IMG/VR virus record: IMGVR_UViG_3300008108_000006
Source of the DNA: a virus
Lineage: Duplodnaviria > Heunggongvirae > Uroviricota > Caudoviricetes
DNA: 64,000 bases
Direction: 5' to 3' (one strand)
Below are positions 41,931 through 51,343 of the stretch, one piece after another. Both the position numbers and the translations under genes were made by a program. The notes beneath the pieces were generated by a model. That model worked only from the letters and a program-made list of their open reading frames with translations. It was not told where the DNA came from and made no database searches. Numbering within the stretch: the first letter of the stretch is position 1; each line of letters begins with the position of its first letter.

Positions 41931-41958
41931 AAAAAAGGTCAGATTTCTCTGACCTTTT
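41931..41958 (-). terminator. Major-capsid terminator; copy 2 of the 28-bp repeat
   Basis: AAAAGGTCAGA-GAAA-TCTGACCTTTTTT on the - strand after the MCP stop. Confidence 0.9.
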
Positions 41959-41979
41959 GTTAAAAATTAGTTCAATTTA

Positions 41980-43842
41980 TTATCTCAATTCTCTCAAATC
42001 GAATGTTCTAACACCATCAACGGTAATACGGCCATAGAAGCGATTGTTGACCATCTTCTTCGCGTAACGTGTCATAATACCTTTAATAGGCGTGAAGTTG
42101 AATGGATTGTACATCGTTGGAGTTAATTGTAGAGGTACATACGGTGCGTAAACGTAACCAGTATCCAATAGAGAAGTACCTTTGTGACCCAACAATACTT
42201 GGTTTGGTGGGAAGTAAGGATCTCTATACACTTGGTAACGACCTGCTAATGTACCAACTCTTTCAATACCCATGTTGTATTGATCTTGCTCAGGAGCCGC
42301 GTTTGATACGTGGAAATATTCCAAATCATCAAAGATAGCGGATACTTCAGAAGATACAACGATCCAGTTAGCACCACCTCTCAAAGTTGATTTGTGAATT
42401 TGAGCGGAGATTTGGTTAATTGCTGTGATAAGAGTTTGGTTCCAGTCCTTTTGAGTGTAAGGTGCGAATGATGTAGAAGAAATTCTCTTCCAACCATTAT
42501 AATCCCATCTCAAGTTCCAAGCCGCACCTTTTCTAAGGTCACGAAGAATTTCACGGTCAATTTCCGCAGCAACTTGTTCTGACAACAATGCTGTCAATTC
42601 AGCTTCAGCGTCAATGTTGTGGAATGCTGCAACGTCTTGTGCCAATTCAGGAGACCATTGTGCTCTTAATTTTCTTTCTGTTACCGATACAGTTACAGAT
42701 TCCAAATCAAAAGAAACTTCACCGATAGCATCTTCAAATTCTAACTCTTTATATCTTCTATAAACCGCTCTGAATGAAGTATTGATAGCTGTTTGAGAAG
42801 AGAATGTCGCACCTGTGTAACCATCTAAAGAATTAGAACCAAATGTTGCTGGTGATGTAAGATCTACTTCTAAGAAAATAATACCATTTTGTGATGCGAT
42901 GTTGAAGAATGCTCCTCCGTTACCCGGTGTGTTAGTCGAAAGGAGTGAGTTATTCCAACTTGTGGTAGTGTTTGTACCGTACTGAACTATACCTTTACCA
43001 TATTGTTGAGTCACAACTCTAAATAAGTAAGGGTTATATTGGTTCGCTGATGTGAATGGGTTACTTGATGACCCAAGAATTCTCAAATCAGATAAGAAAG
43101 ATTCTGTATCCATTTCTTGACCATCAGGACCAATAAGTTTACCGTTACCTACGTTAGAAAACCCTGACATACCAATAATTACTTTTTTAGTGTTTGCGTC
43201 AAAAGCATATGCTGAAGGTACCAAAGCACCATTACTATCAAACGCAAATGTTGCAGTGTCAGCAGTTACTAACCACCAAGGACCTTTAGAATAGTCGAAA
43301 AGACCTGCTGGGTCTAAACCAGGTTCAGTTCCTTCATAGAACAAATCATAGAGATTTTTTGAATATGTGTTGTTATAGTTACCGGTACCAAGTGTTGTTG
43401 TATATCCTCCATTTGGATCACCAGGATAGTTACCTGGAGAACCGATAGGTGGAATATGTTGTCCTGAAGCACCATTAGTTTGATAATAGTTACTACCACC
43501 ACTATAACCCTGAATTTTAGGTACGAAGTAGAACAATTTACCGATAGGTAAGTTCATTGCTTGTACAGAAACGATATCATTTGCTAACAACTTAGAGAAT
43601 ACACGTCTGATGATAGGAAATACAACCGTTTCAAAAGAACCTGAATCTGCAGTCGATGTTGATTCGTTTATTAAAAAAGATGCTTGGTTTTCATACAATT
43701 GAGCCATGTTCTCTTTCAAGTGACCGCTCAAACCTTCAAGGAACCCAAGCTTGTTCCATTTGTTAATAGTATCTTCTTTGATAACTTTTAGGTGCTTAAG
43801 ACCAATGTTACCAACAAGACCGCTTTCTAATAATGCTCCCAT
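41980..43842 (-). CDS. Major capsid protein (T4 gp23-like)
   Basis: RKLRAQWSPELAQD, IDAEAEL, EIDREI, GYVYAPYVPL, F-x-P-x-KGIMTRY; large G/N/S/T-rich insertion. Confidence 0.96.
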   Translation of the reverse strand: MGALLESGLVGNIGLKHLKVIKEDTINKWNKLGFLEGLSGHLKENMAQLYENQASFLINESTSTADSGSFETVVFPIIRRVFSKLLANDIVSVQAMNLPIGKLFYFVPKIQGYSGGSNYYQTNGASGQHIPPIGSPGNYPGDPNGGYTTTLGTGNYNNTYSKNLYDLFYEGTEPGLDPAGLFDYSKGPWWLVTADTATFAFDSNGALVPSAYAFDANTKKVIIGMSGFSNVGNGKLIGPDGQEMDTESFLSDLRILGSSSNPFTSANQYNPYLFRVVTQQYGKGIVQYGTNTTTSWNNSLLSTNTPGNGGAFFNIASQNGIIFLEVDLTSPATFGSNSLDGYTGATFSSQTAINTSFRAVYRRYKELEFEDAIGEVSFDLESVTVSVTERKLRAQWSPELAQDVAAFHNIDAEAELTALLSEQVAAEIDREILRDLRKGAAWNLRWDYNGWKRISSTSFAPYTQKDWNQTLITAINQISAQIHKSTLRGGANWIVVSSEVSAIFDDLEYFHVSNAAPEQDQYNMGIERVGTLAGRYQVYRDPYFPPNQVLLGHKGTSLLDTGYVYAPYVPLQLTPTMYNPFNFTPIKGIMTRYAKKMVNNRFYGRITVDGVRTFDLRELR

Positions 43843-43871
43843 TTTAATTTTTATTTAAGGAAATTTATTTT

Positions 43872-45256
43872 TTATTTTACAATTTTTGACATAATGTCTT
43901 TCATTCTTAAAAACTGAGGATTTTCATAATAGCGTAAGCCAAGTTTGAGTTGAATACCGCAACTTCATTTAATTTGTCTCTGAAAATATTCAATGCTTTT
44001 CTATACTCTTCATTTTTTGATCTTAAAACATCAATTTCACTTTCAAGATTTAAATTTCTGTTCGGCGTAAAACCTTTTCTTAAACCACGTCCGCTCTTAG
44101 AACCAAATGCGTATGATCTTGAAGCTTCTTTAGTTTCTTTTTTGAAAGGTCTCATTTCTTTTTTCATAGCACCATCCAAGGATCCTTCTTTGAATTCAAA
44201 CTTAGCTTTACCTAATTTTGCACCACTACCGATTTTATATTCGTGTTTTCCACCAGTGTTACCTTTATCAAAATCAGATTTTTGATTTGTTTTGTAATCA
44301 AAAGAAGGTTTACCTGTTTTAGCACCTTTACCTACAACGGGTTTTGATTCACCCATTTCTTTATGTGTAGATCTCTTAGATGGTTTTGTCATTTTAGATT
44401 TACCCATCATACCCATAGACATTACAGGTTTGATTTTACCCATTGGTTTTTTCATAGACTCGTTCATATAAGATTCTTCCTCCATGTCTTCTTCTTCCAT
44501 TTCAATTTCGTACATGATGTCATCAATATCCATTTCCATGTCCATTTCATCATCATCCATACCCATTTCCATGTCCATGTCTTCTTCCATTTCGATTTCG
44601 TACATGATACCTTCTTCTTCCTCTTCTTCTTCGGATTCTTCATCCATTTCGTTCATGTAAGATTCTTCTTCTTCATCATACATTTCACTGAAAAGTTTGT
44701 CCATAAGTTCATCAGAATCTTCATCGGAAAAATCAAATTCATCTTCCATCTCGTCTAACTCATCTTCTTCCTCATTCATGCGAATAAGAAATTCAGAATC
44801 ATCCTCTTCGTCTTTGATGTTTAAAAAATTACCATCTTTAACAACTTCAATTTTGTCGTTAGGTCCAAGTTTTTTGAAAACAGCAGCAACTTCTTCGGGA
44901 CTAGCGTTAGTAAGATCTAAGGTTTCAGAATCATCTTCCATATCCATATCAAATTCCATTTCGTCCTCGTCTTCCATGTCCATATCAATCTCCATTTCGT
45001 CCTCGTCTTCCATTTCATCCTCATTTTCGTCAGAATCCATTTCGTCCTCATCTTCCATGTCAACATCAATTTCCATTTCGTCCTCGTCTTCTTCGGGTTT
45101 ATCTTTAGCCTCTACCATCAAAGACTCTTTTACCAATTCAGAGATTTCTTCCTTCATTGTAGAAGAAAGTATTCCTTTTGCATTTTCAGCGATGACTTCT
45201 TCCAAACCTTTGATTTGGTTCATCACATCTTCAGCTAATGACTTTTTGTCTGCCAT
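43872..45256 (-). CDS. Prohead core/scaffold protein (gp22-like), apparently frameshifted or deleted near the 3' end
   Basis: Highly acidic ORF directly upstream of MCP; ORF stops at 43907 but an alternative frame continues YENPQFLRMKDIMSKIVK* to 43872. Confidence 0.7.
44930..45095 (-). repeat. Coding tandem repeats (MEDEDEMEID-like)
   Basis: Repeated TCCATTTCGTCCTCGTCTTCCAT units on the + strand. Confidence 0.8.
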
Positions 45257-45322
45257 ATTAATTATAGTTTTGTTAATAAATATATGGAAAAATCAAAAAA
45301 TCACTTTGTTACATATAAAAAC

Positions 45323-45352
45323 AAAAAAACCCCCGACTTTCGCCGAGGGTTA
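45323..45352 (-). terminator. Intrinsic terminator
   Basis: AACCCTCGGC-GAAA-GTCGGGGGTT followed by a T-run on the - strand. Confidence 0.8.
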
Positions 45353-45372
45353 ACCCTAAAAATTAAAAACAA

Positions 45373-45588
45373 TTAGTCTTTATCAAAAACTTCATTGATT
45401 TTACTCTCTGATACTGAAGTGATCCTCCATTCGTGAGGGAACCCTTCATATTTCTTCGTTACAATTGCTTCAACATCGGTAACCGATATTGCATTAACCA
45501 ATTTCTCTTCACGAATTTTTTTAATACGACCTGTGTTTTCATCAGGTAAATCGTATTGAACTTTTGCTACAAAATATTTTTCTTCCAT
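45373..45588 (-). CDS. DUF4494-like small protein
   Basis: F-x-x-KV-x-Y...G-x2-KK-x2-E-x2-LV-x-A-x-S-x-T-x-x-EA...EVF resembles the Bacteroidota DUF4494 family (from memory). Confidence 0.6.
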   Translation of the reverse strand: MEEKYFVAKVQYDLPDENTGRIKKIREEKLVNAISVTDVEAIVTKKYEGFPHEWRITSVSESKINEVFDKD

Positions 45589-45597
45589 AATATAAAT

Positions 45598-46237
45598 TTA
45601 CTTACCCAAATAATGCGAAAGTTTTTTCATAAGGTCAAGCGATTTGTTTTCAAAAGAAGAATTATGTTGATGGAGATGATACCAAGTCAAAACAAATTAA
45701 CTCAAAATCACCTTGAACTTCGTTTTGTTCTCCAACTTTTTTAAGTGATCCAACACCCCTTGAAGAAATCCCTAATGTAACCCCTTGTCTTAATAGGTTT
45801 GCTGCTTGGTCACCTTTTGTTGATACAATACCTCTTTCATGGAATCCTGGTGATGTTAGTAGTTTAAGTTTTCCTAAACACACATTTCCATCCCACCATA
45901 TTTCGGTTATCGCATGTGATACACGATCAAGATCAATTAATGATGACTCGGGGTGGTTTAATTCGGATAAAGCAGTTCCCTTGTTGATTGCCTTTTTATA
46001 GTTATCAACCTCTCTTCTTAATATGCTTTCGGGATAAATCCTACCGTTCCTATTTGGTGTATTATATTTTTGTAACACAGCATAAAATTCAAAAGGTTTG
46101 GAATAATCTAACATATTCTTTGATTCTTCCAAAACTTTTCTATTCATTCTATCTTGTGGATCGATATATCCCGCGTCCCACTCAACTAATATTCCTTTAC
46201 CTATTTCGTTTGGTCCTAAAATTTTCATAAACGTCAT
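45598..46237 (-). CDS. Prohead protease (T4 gp21-like), C-terminus disrupted
   Basis: NRNGRIYP, ELNHP, GISSRGVGS, FDLVSSPST then stop at 45662; +1 frame continues NSSFENKSLDLMKKLSHYLGK* to 45598. Confidence 0.85.
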
Positions 46238-46252
46238 TTTGATATAAATATA

Positions 46253-46699
46253 TCAATATTCCATCTGTGGTTCTTTTTTTGATAATGAAAAATTAAAGTC
46301 ATCTGAATTTATGAAACAATCAACATATATTGAGTCACAAATTTCTTTAATATTGTCTTTAATAATTGTTTCTCTGAAATCTATATTTTGATTGGTAAAT
46401 AAGGTTATTTCCAAATTTCCGAAACTTTTTTTACCATAAGATAACCCACTCATTTTAACATCCAAATCAATAATGAAATTTTCTTTGAATAATTTTTTAT
46501 CTATGGTGTCTGTAACAACCTGTTTTATATTTCTTTGTAAGATTGTAATTGGTTTATTCCATTTTTCAAATTCTTTGGTTGGTGATAACCACGATTGAAA
46601 ATTGATGTAAATTGATTTTAATTCTTTTGAATCTACCGTGCCGTATGTAACTTTCGTATTCTTATACCCACTTAATTTAGAAGTTTTACCCTTCTTCAT
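46253..46699 (-). CDS. Hypothetical phage protein
   Basis: 148-aa ORF. Confidence 0.75.
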   Translation of the reverse strand: MKKGKTSKLSGYKNTKVTYGTVDSKELKSIYINFQSWLSPTKEFEKWNKPITILQRNIKQVVTDTIDKKLFKENFIIDLDVKMSGLSYGKKSFGNLEITLFTNQNIDFRETIIKDNIKEICDSIYVDCFINSDDFNFSLSKKEPQMEY

Positions 46700-46768
46700 T
46701 ATTTAATAACATATTAGTAATATTTATTTTTACATAATACATAAAACATAAAAACCAAAAAGTCAAAA

Positions 46769-46957
46769 ATGATAATAGTTGAAGTAAGTGATTTTAAATC
46801 ACTTGATAAAGCACTTAAACATTATAAGATGAAAGTGATTAAAACAAAACAGATGGATATTCTGTATGGTAACAGAGAATATGTTAAAAAATCTGTTAAA
46901 CGTAGAACTGAGATTAACAAAGCAAAATATAATCAAAAAAAGAAGGACTTAGATTAA
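46769..46957 (+). CDS. rpsU: Phage-encoded ribosomal protein bS21
   Basis: 62 aa, basic; V-x-V...LDKALK-x-YK-x-K...REYVK-x-SVKRR. Confidence 0.88.
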   Translation: MIIVEVSDFKSLDKALKHYKMKVIKTKQMDILYGNREYVKKSVKRRTEINKAKYNQKKKDLD

Positions 46958-47652
46958 AGTCCTTCGTATAAGTTTTGTAGTTTTAAGTAATTAATTTTAT
47001 TAAACGGTTCCTTTTCAACTGTTTGAACAGTCTCATTGAGTTTCTGTTTAATTTCTTCATCATTATTTGTTAATATGTGATTCTTCAACTTAATTAACGT
47101 ATTTTCTTTTAATACATCAAAATCAGGTTTTAATTCATCTTCTTTTTTGGAAAATACTTCATCCAGCTGTTGTAACACCTCGGGTTCCAAACCATCAATA
47201 TATTTTTCCAAATTGTATTTAACGACGTTCTCAACAAAAGGAACAAATTGTTTTTTCACAACATCTTTGGATTCAGTTAAAGTTGAAACCAATTGTTTTT
47301 TGTTTTCAATATTTTCCGTGATTTTTAACACGTCCTCTTTTAATAAAGAATCTATTTTAACATATTGATTTTCACAAACAACATCCTTAACCCAATTTTT
47401 AAGATCAATTAAAAATAAATGATCTTTTTTATTTTTAATTGTTTTGATACTTTCTTCCAAATATTCCTTGGCAACGTCCGAACTCATACCTTGCTTAGTT
47501 GTAAGGTTCGAATATAAATAATAACATTCACTAAGCATTTTGTTTGAAATAACAATATTTTTGAAATTACTTATTTCAGTCTTGAATGTTTGATTGATGT
47601 ATGAGTCATTTAATTTTTTCTCAACCTTAGAGAATAATAATCCTAATTCCAT
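46954..47652 (-). CDS. Hypothetical protein downstream of the portal
   Basis: 232-aa helical ORF; TATTTAT upstream. Confidence 0.75.
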   Translation of the reverse strand: MELGLLFSKVEKKLNDSYINQTFKTEISNFKNIVISNKMLSECYYLYSNLTTKQGMSSDVAKEYLEESIKTIKNKKDHLFLIDLKNWVKDVVCENQYVKIDSLLKEDVLKITENIENKKQLVSTLTESKDVVKKQFVPFVENVVKYNLEKYIDGLEPEVLQQLDEVFSKKEDELKPDFDVLKENTLIKLKNHILTNNDEEIKQKLNETVQTVEKEPFNKINYLKLQNLYEGL

Positions 47653-47678
47653 TTTTTCTTTTTTTAATAAATACTTTA

Positions 47679-49493
47679 TTAATCGTTTAATAACTTATTA
47701 AACTCTTCATTTAAGTCATCAATTGATTTATTTCCCTTTTTTAGATCAAAATACTCATCAACACTTAATTCAGATTCAAAAATTAAATTGAATTTTTTAT
47801 CAACACTTGCAGTTTCTAACCCTGGTTCAGGACCTCCGGGTGGTGGGGGTGGTGGTGGTTCACCCAATCCTCCACCTAAACCACCTTCAAGACCTCCTCC
47901 GGGTGGAGGGGGTGCTGCCGCGGGTGCTGCTGCAGCATCAGTAGGTGTTGGACCCTCAGTGTATAACTTATCCAACGTATCAAATAAACCGGTTTTCTTA
48001 ATAACATTTGGTGTATTTGTAAGTTCTGTGGATACCGCTTTTTCAATTCTCTGTTGTTGTAAGTCTAACTTAATATCCTCATCAGAAAATCCGAGAATGT
48101 GCTTTTTAGCCCAAGAAACCGATGCGGGAGCAATACCCTCAATAGGTGTAACAGTGTCTTTATACGCCATCAATTTTTCTTTCCAAACATCAATCTTCAA
48201 TAGATCTGCCTGTGTTGATGGATTTGTTAAACTCAATGTGAAGTTTGATAATTCATCTTCAAACCCTAAAATAAACAAGTGTATAATTGCAATCTTATTT
48301 AATTCCTGCAACATACTTTTTTGAATACGATTAATGGTTCTTGCAAACCTAATATCCAAAAGTGCCAAATCTTTACCATTACCCACAACTTCTTCAAATC
48401 CTAAAAATGCTTTAGGTATTCTAAGTGCGGTAACCAACTTTTTTTGTATGTATTCAATATCGGCAATTTCGGATAAGTTTTGAGCACCTTGTAAGGTATC
48501 AATCGGTGATGCTTGTGCAACATCACGAACAGGGACAAAATAATCTTGATCCACAGCCATTTGATTATACCTCAAATCAACGTTACCCGTTTGGTCATCA
48601 ACAATCGGTTGTCGTTTAAAACGGTTCGCAAACTTTTGTACATAAGAATCCACATCATCATCATCCATATTTCCAACAAACACTTTAAACACCCTTCTTT
48701 CGGGTGCTCGTGATGTTCTATAAATTAACATCGCATCTTCCGCTAATACCAATTGTTTCCAAATTCTTCTTGCTTTTTCTAACATGGAAGTACCATAAGG
48801 TAGTTTTCTATCATCACCCAATAATCTAAAGTGAGCGATTTCCCAAGTGTTAAACTCTAATTGCTTATTCTTCCATGCAAACTTCATTGATTTCATTTCG
48901 GGAGCACCCTCACCAACTCTTGGTCCCATATGCATTCCACGTTCCAAACGTTCAATTTCAATATTTGGTAATTGGAAGTTACCAACAATACCATTTTCGG
49001 GATCTAATTTTAGATACACAAAGTTGTCACCATATTTACAAGTATTTCTTGTCCACATAGCCAAATTTGTATTGATATCCAAAACGTTATTAAACAAATC
49101 CGCCAATATTGATTTTATTCTTTTTGATTCAGAATAAATTTGAAGAATGTGACCGTTTTCATCCACAGTTGTGGATTCTTCAGCATATATATCAAGTGCC
49201 GCAGATATTTCGGGGGTATATTCCATACTTTCGTAATCATACGCCGCCGCCAATCTAGTAGGACCATAATATATTGATTGTTGATATAAATTGTTCTCAA
49301 TCTTAGCCCAATGCCCCGTTAAATATTTTGATTGTTTTGCTTGGAGTTTTTCCTTCTCATATTCCGACTTATCAGTGGTTTTTAATAGAACCTCCTTATC
49401 AAATTTGAATGTTGGATAATCATTATTAATCAATGAGTCAGGACCCATTGTTTTTGACAATCTCTGCCAAATAGTTAGTTTTTTATTTTCCAT
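47679..49493 (-). CDS. Portal protein (T4 gp20-like)
   Basis: PEI-x2-ALDIYAEE, YG-x-S-x-LE-x-ARR, L-x-EDA-x-LIYR-x-SRAPERRVF, DY-x-VPVR, I-x-TL-x-G; Pro/Gly-rich tail. Confidence 0.95.
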   Translation of the reverse strand: MENKKLTIWQRLSKTMGPDSLINNDYPTFKFDKEVLLKTTDKSEYEKEKLQAKQSKYLTGHWAKIENNLYQQSIYYGPTRLAAAYDYESMEYTPEISAALDIYAEESTTVDENGHILQIYSESKRIKSILADLFNNVLDINTNLAMWTRNTCKYGDNFVYLKLDPENGIVGNFQLPNIEIERLERGMHMGPRVGEGAPEMKSMKFAWKNKQLEFNTWEIAHFRLLGDDRKLPYGTSMLEKARRIWKQLVLAEDAMLIYRTSRAPERRVFKVFVGNMDDDDVDSYVQKFANRFKRQPIVDDQTGNVDLRYNQMAVDQDYFVPVRDVAQASPIDTLQGAQNLSEIADIEYIQKKLVTALRIPKAFLGFEEVVGNGKDLALLDIRFARTINRIQKSMLQELNKIAIIHLFILGFEDELSNFTLSLTNPSTQADLLKIDVWKEKLMAYKDTVTPIEGIAPASVSWAKKHILGFSDEDIKLDLQQQRIEKAVSTELTNTPNVIKKTGLFDTLDKLYTEGPTPTDAAAAPAAAPPPPGGGLEGGLGGGLGEPPPPPPPGGPEPGLETASVDKKFNLIFESELSVDEYFDLKKGNKSIDDLNEEFNKLLND

Positions 49494-49529
49494 ATTATAA
49501 ACTTACGGTTTTTTCTTTACAATTAAATA

Positions 49530-51296
49530 TTATCTTCCCTTTCCACCGAACAACCAATTATAATTTTGGTAATCCTGTCTTGTAGGTCCGTTTTTTCTTA
49601 CGTGTTGTTGATTATTAAATGATGGGGTCATCGGACTAAAAAAGTTCTCTTTTAACATAGGACTTTCCGCCACCTGCCACGCATCAATCAATGCTTTAGT
49701 TTGTTCAGTAACTTTTGTCAATGATGAAAAAGAATTTTCACCAACATATATCGCCATAGCAAGGGACATCAATAAATCATCGTGTTGTCCTTTTTGGTGA
49801 TCAGCACGACCATTGACATACACAAACGTTCTCATCTCGTTTAACAAACGATTACTTCTAATCTTATATCCGTGTCTTACCTTCTCCTCCAACGCACCAA
49901 TAATCTGTTCTCTCTTACTATTAAAATTCAAACCAGGAACTTTATTTGCTGCTTTAGGGTCAAACTTCCATCTATTCTGATAATCCACGCCATCAAAAAA
50001 TAAATTCTTATATCCAAGTTCTTGAAGTTTCCTTGCCGTGGATACCCCCATACCACCGGTAATATCAATCACAATAAACGCATCATACATTGTTGCCCAT
50101 TTATAACAGATCTCCGCAGCAACATCAGGTGGTATTTTTCCAAGATATTCCACAACTTGTTCCTGATCATCAAAATCAACGATTTGGAACGTCGTAAAGT
50201 CCTCACTATCCCCTCTTGATACATCGACCCCCATAATGTATTTATGACCCGGTATGGGGTCTTTCCATATCCATAGAGCACCCCCCAACATTCTTCCCGC
50301 AGGTTCTTGAATTAAGTTGTTATTGATTCTCGCAATATCCGTCTGATCAAATACGTTATCACCCGAACCAAGGAAGTTACATTCCAACTCTTGAGAAACT
50401 TTTCGTTTGTCAAACTTTAACTTCTTTACCATCTTTTCAAACCAATCTGAAGATGGTGAATACCCATTCTTTAATAAATCACGGATCTCATCAAAATCCC
50501 TATTTTCAAATGGTATTGAAGAATAATCAATCAAAGTTTCTTTACCATATTCCTCCCTGTTCAAAAAGTAATGAATAATGTTTTCTGTTTTAACCAAATA
50601 TAAATCTTTAGTATATCTCGGATCCTTCCACCAAACCATCTCAGATATTTTGAAATCGTTCATATTTTTAACCGCTTGGTCATAGATCTCATAATAAATC
50701 GGATCAAAACCATTCGGGGTTGAGATAACAATTACCTTACCACCCGTAGATAGTGATGCCATACATGCTGCCCAAAAATCACCATCGGCTTCAATATACG
50801 CCGCCTCGTCAAATATCAATATCGTTGGGGTATAACCACGAAGTGCATCCTTAGAAGTTGCAACCGCTTTAACCTCACATCCGTTTGTTAACTTGAAATG
50901 TCTCTGTGAGTTTTTTTCAGGTGAGAATCCAACACCAACCCAACCAGGCCATTGTTCTGTAAACCCCCTAACCTTATTTGCCATTTCCACGGCAGTGTCT
51001 AACTTATTGGCAATTATCAAAATCTTTTCAGGTTTTTGTTTCATTGCAAAAACCAATTTTTTACTTGCCCACGCAGCGGTAACCGTAGAAACCCCCGCCT
51101 GTCTATATTTTAGTGCAATGTTTTCATTATACGTATCATAGTCGTTTAATAATCCGATTTGATCGGGAAAACAATCTACAGGTACATATTTTTGAACCGT
51201 ATTATCATAAGTCTGTAAATACGTTCTCAGTGCATATGGTGTATCTTTCATACACCTTGCATATTCTATTAAGATTTGCTCTTTTGTAAGTGCCAT
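49530..51296 (-). CDS. terL: Terminase large subunit (T4 gp17-like)
   Basis: KYRQAGVST (Walker A region), LIFDEAA (Walker B), ISTPNG, QELEC-x-F, GVDVSRG, HDDL-x-M. Confidence 0.95.
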   Translation of the reverse strand: MALTKEQILIEYARCMKDTPYALRTYLQTYDNTVQKYVPVDCFPDQIGLLNDYDTYNENIALKYRQAGVSTVTAAWASKKLVFAMKQKPEKILIIANKLDTAVEMANKVRGFTEQWPGWVGVGFSPEKNSQRHFKLTNGCEVKAVATSKDALRGYTPTILIFDEAAYIEADGDFWAACMASLSTGGKVIVISTPNGFDPIYYEIYDQAVKNMNDFKISEMVWWKDPRYTKDLYLVKTENIIHYFLNREEYGKETLIDYSSIPFENRDFDEIRDLLKNGYSPSSDWFEKMVKKLKFDKRKVSQELECNFLGSGDNVFDQTDIARINNNLIQEPAGRMLGGALWIWKDPIPGHKYIMGVDVSRGDSEDFTTFQIVDFDDQEQVVEYLGKIPPDVAAEICYKWATMYDAFIVIDITGGMGVSTARKLQELGYKNLFFDGVDYQNRWKFDPKAANKVPGLNFNSKREQIIGALEEKVRHGYKIRSNRLLNEMRTFVYVNGRADHQKGQHDDLLMSLAMAIYVGENSFSSLTKVTEQTKALIDAWQVAESPMLKENFFSPMTPSFNNQQHVRKNGPTRQDYQNYNWLFGGKGR

Positions 51297-51309
51297 AACT
51301 ATAAATATT

Positions 51310-51335
51310 AAAAAAGGGGATTAAAAATCCCCTTT
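51310..51335 (-). terminator. Intrinsic terminator
   Basis: AAAGGGGAT-TTTTA-ATCCCCTTTTTT on the - strand. Confidence 0.75.
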
Positions 51336-51343
51336 CAAATATT

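Noticed and set aside
43950-45353. + strand Ser-rich and His/Phe-rich ORFs (43950-44285, 44363-44758, 44697-45353)
   Set aside because: Antisense shadows of the low-complexity acidic scaffold gene
47788-48324. Gly/Pro-rich + strand ORF and local GC spike
   Set aside because: Shadow of the portal's Pro/Gly/Ala-rich C-terminal tail; not a separate element
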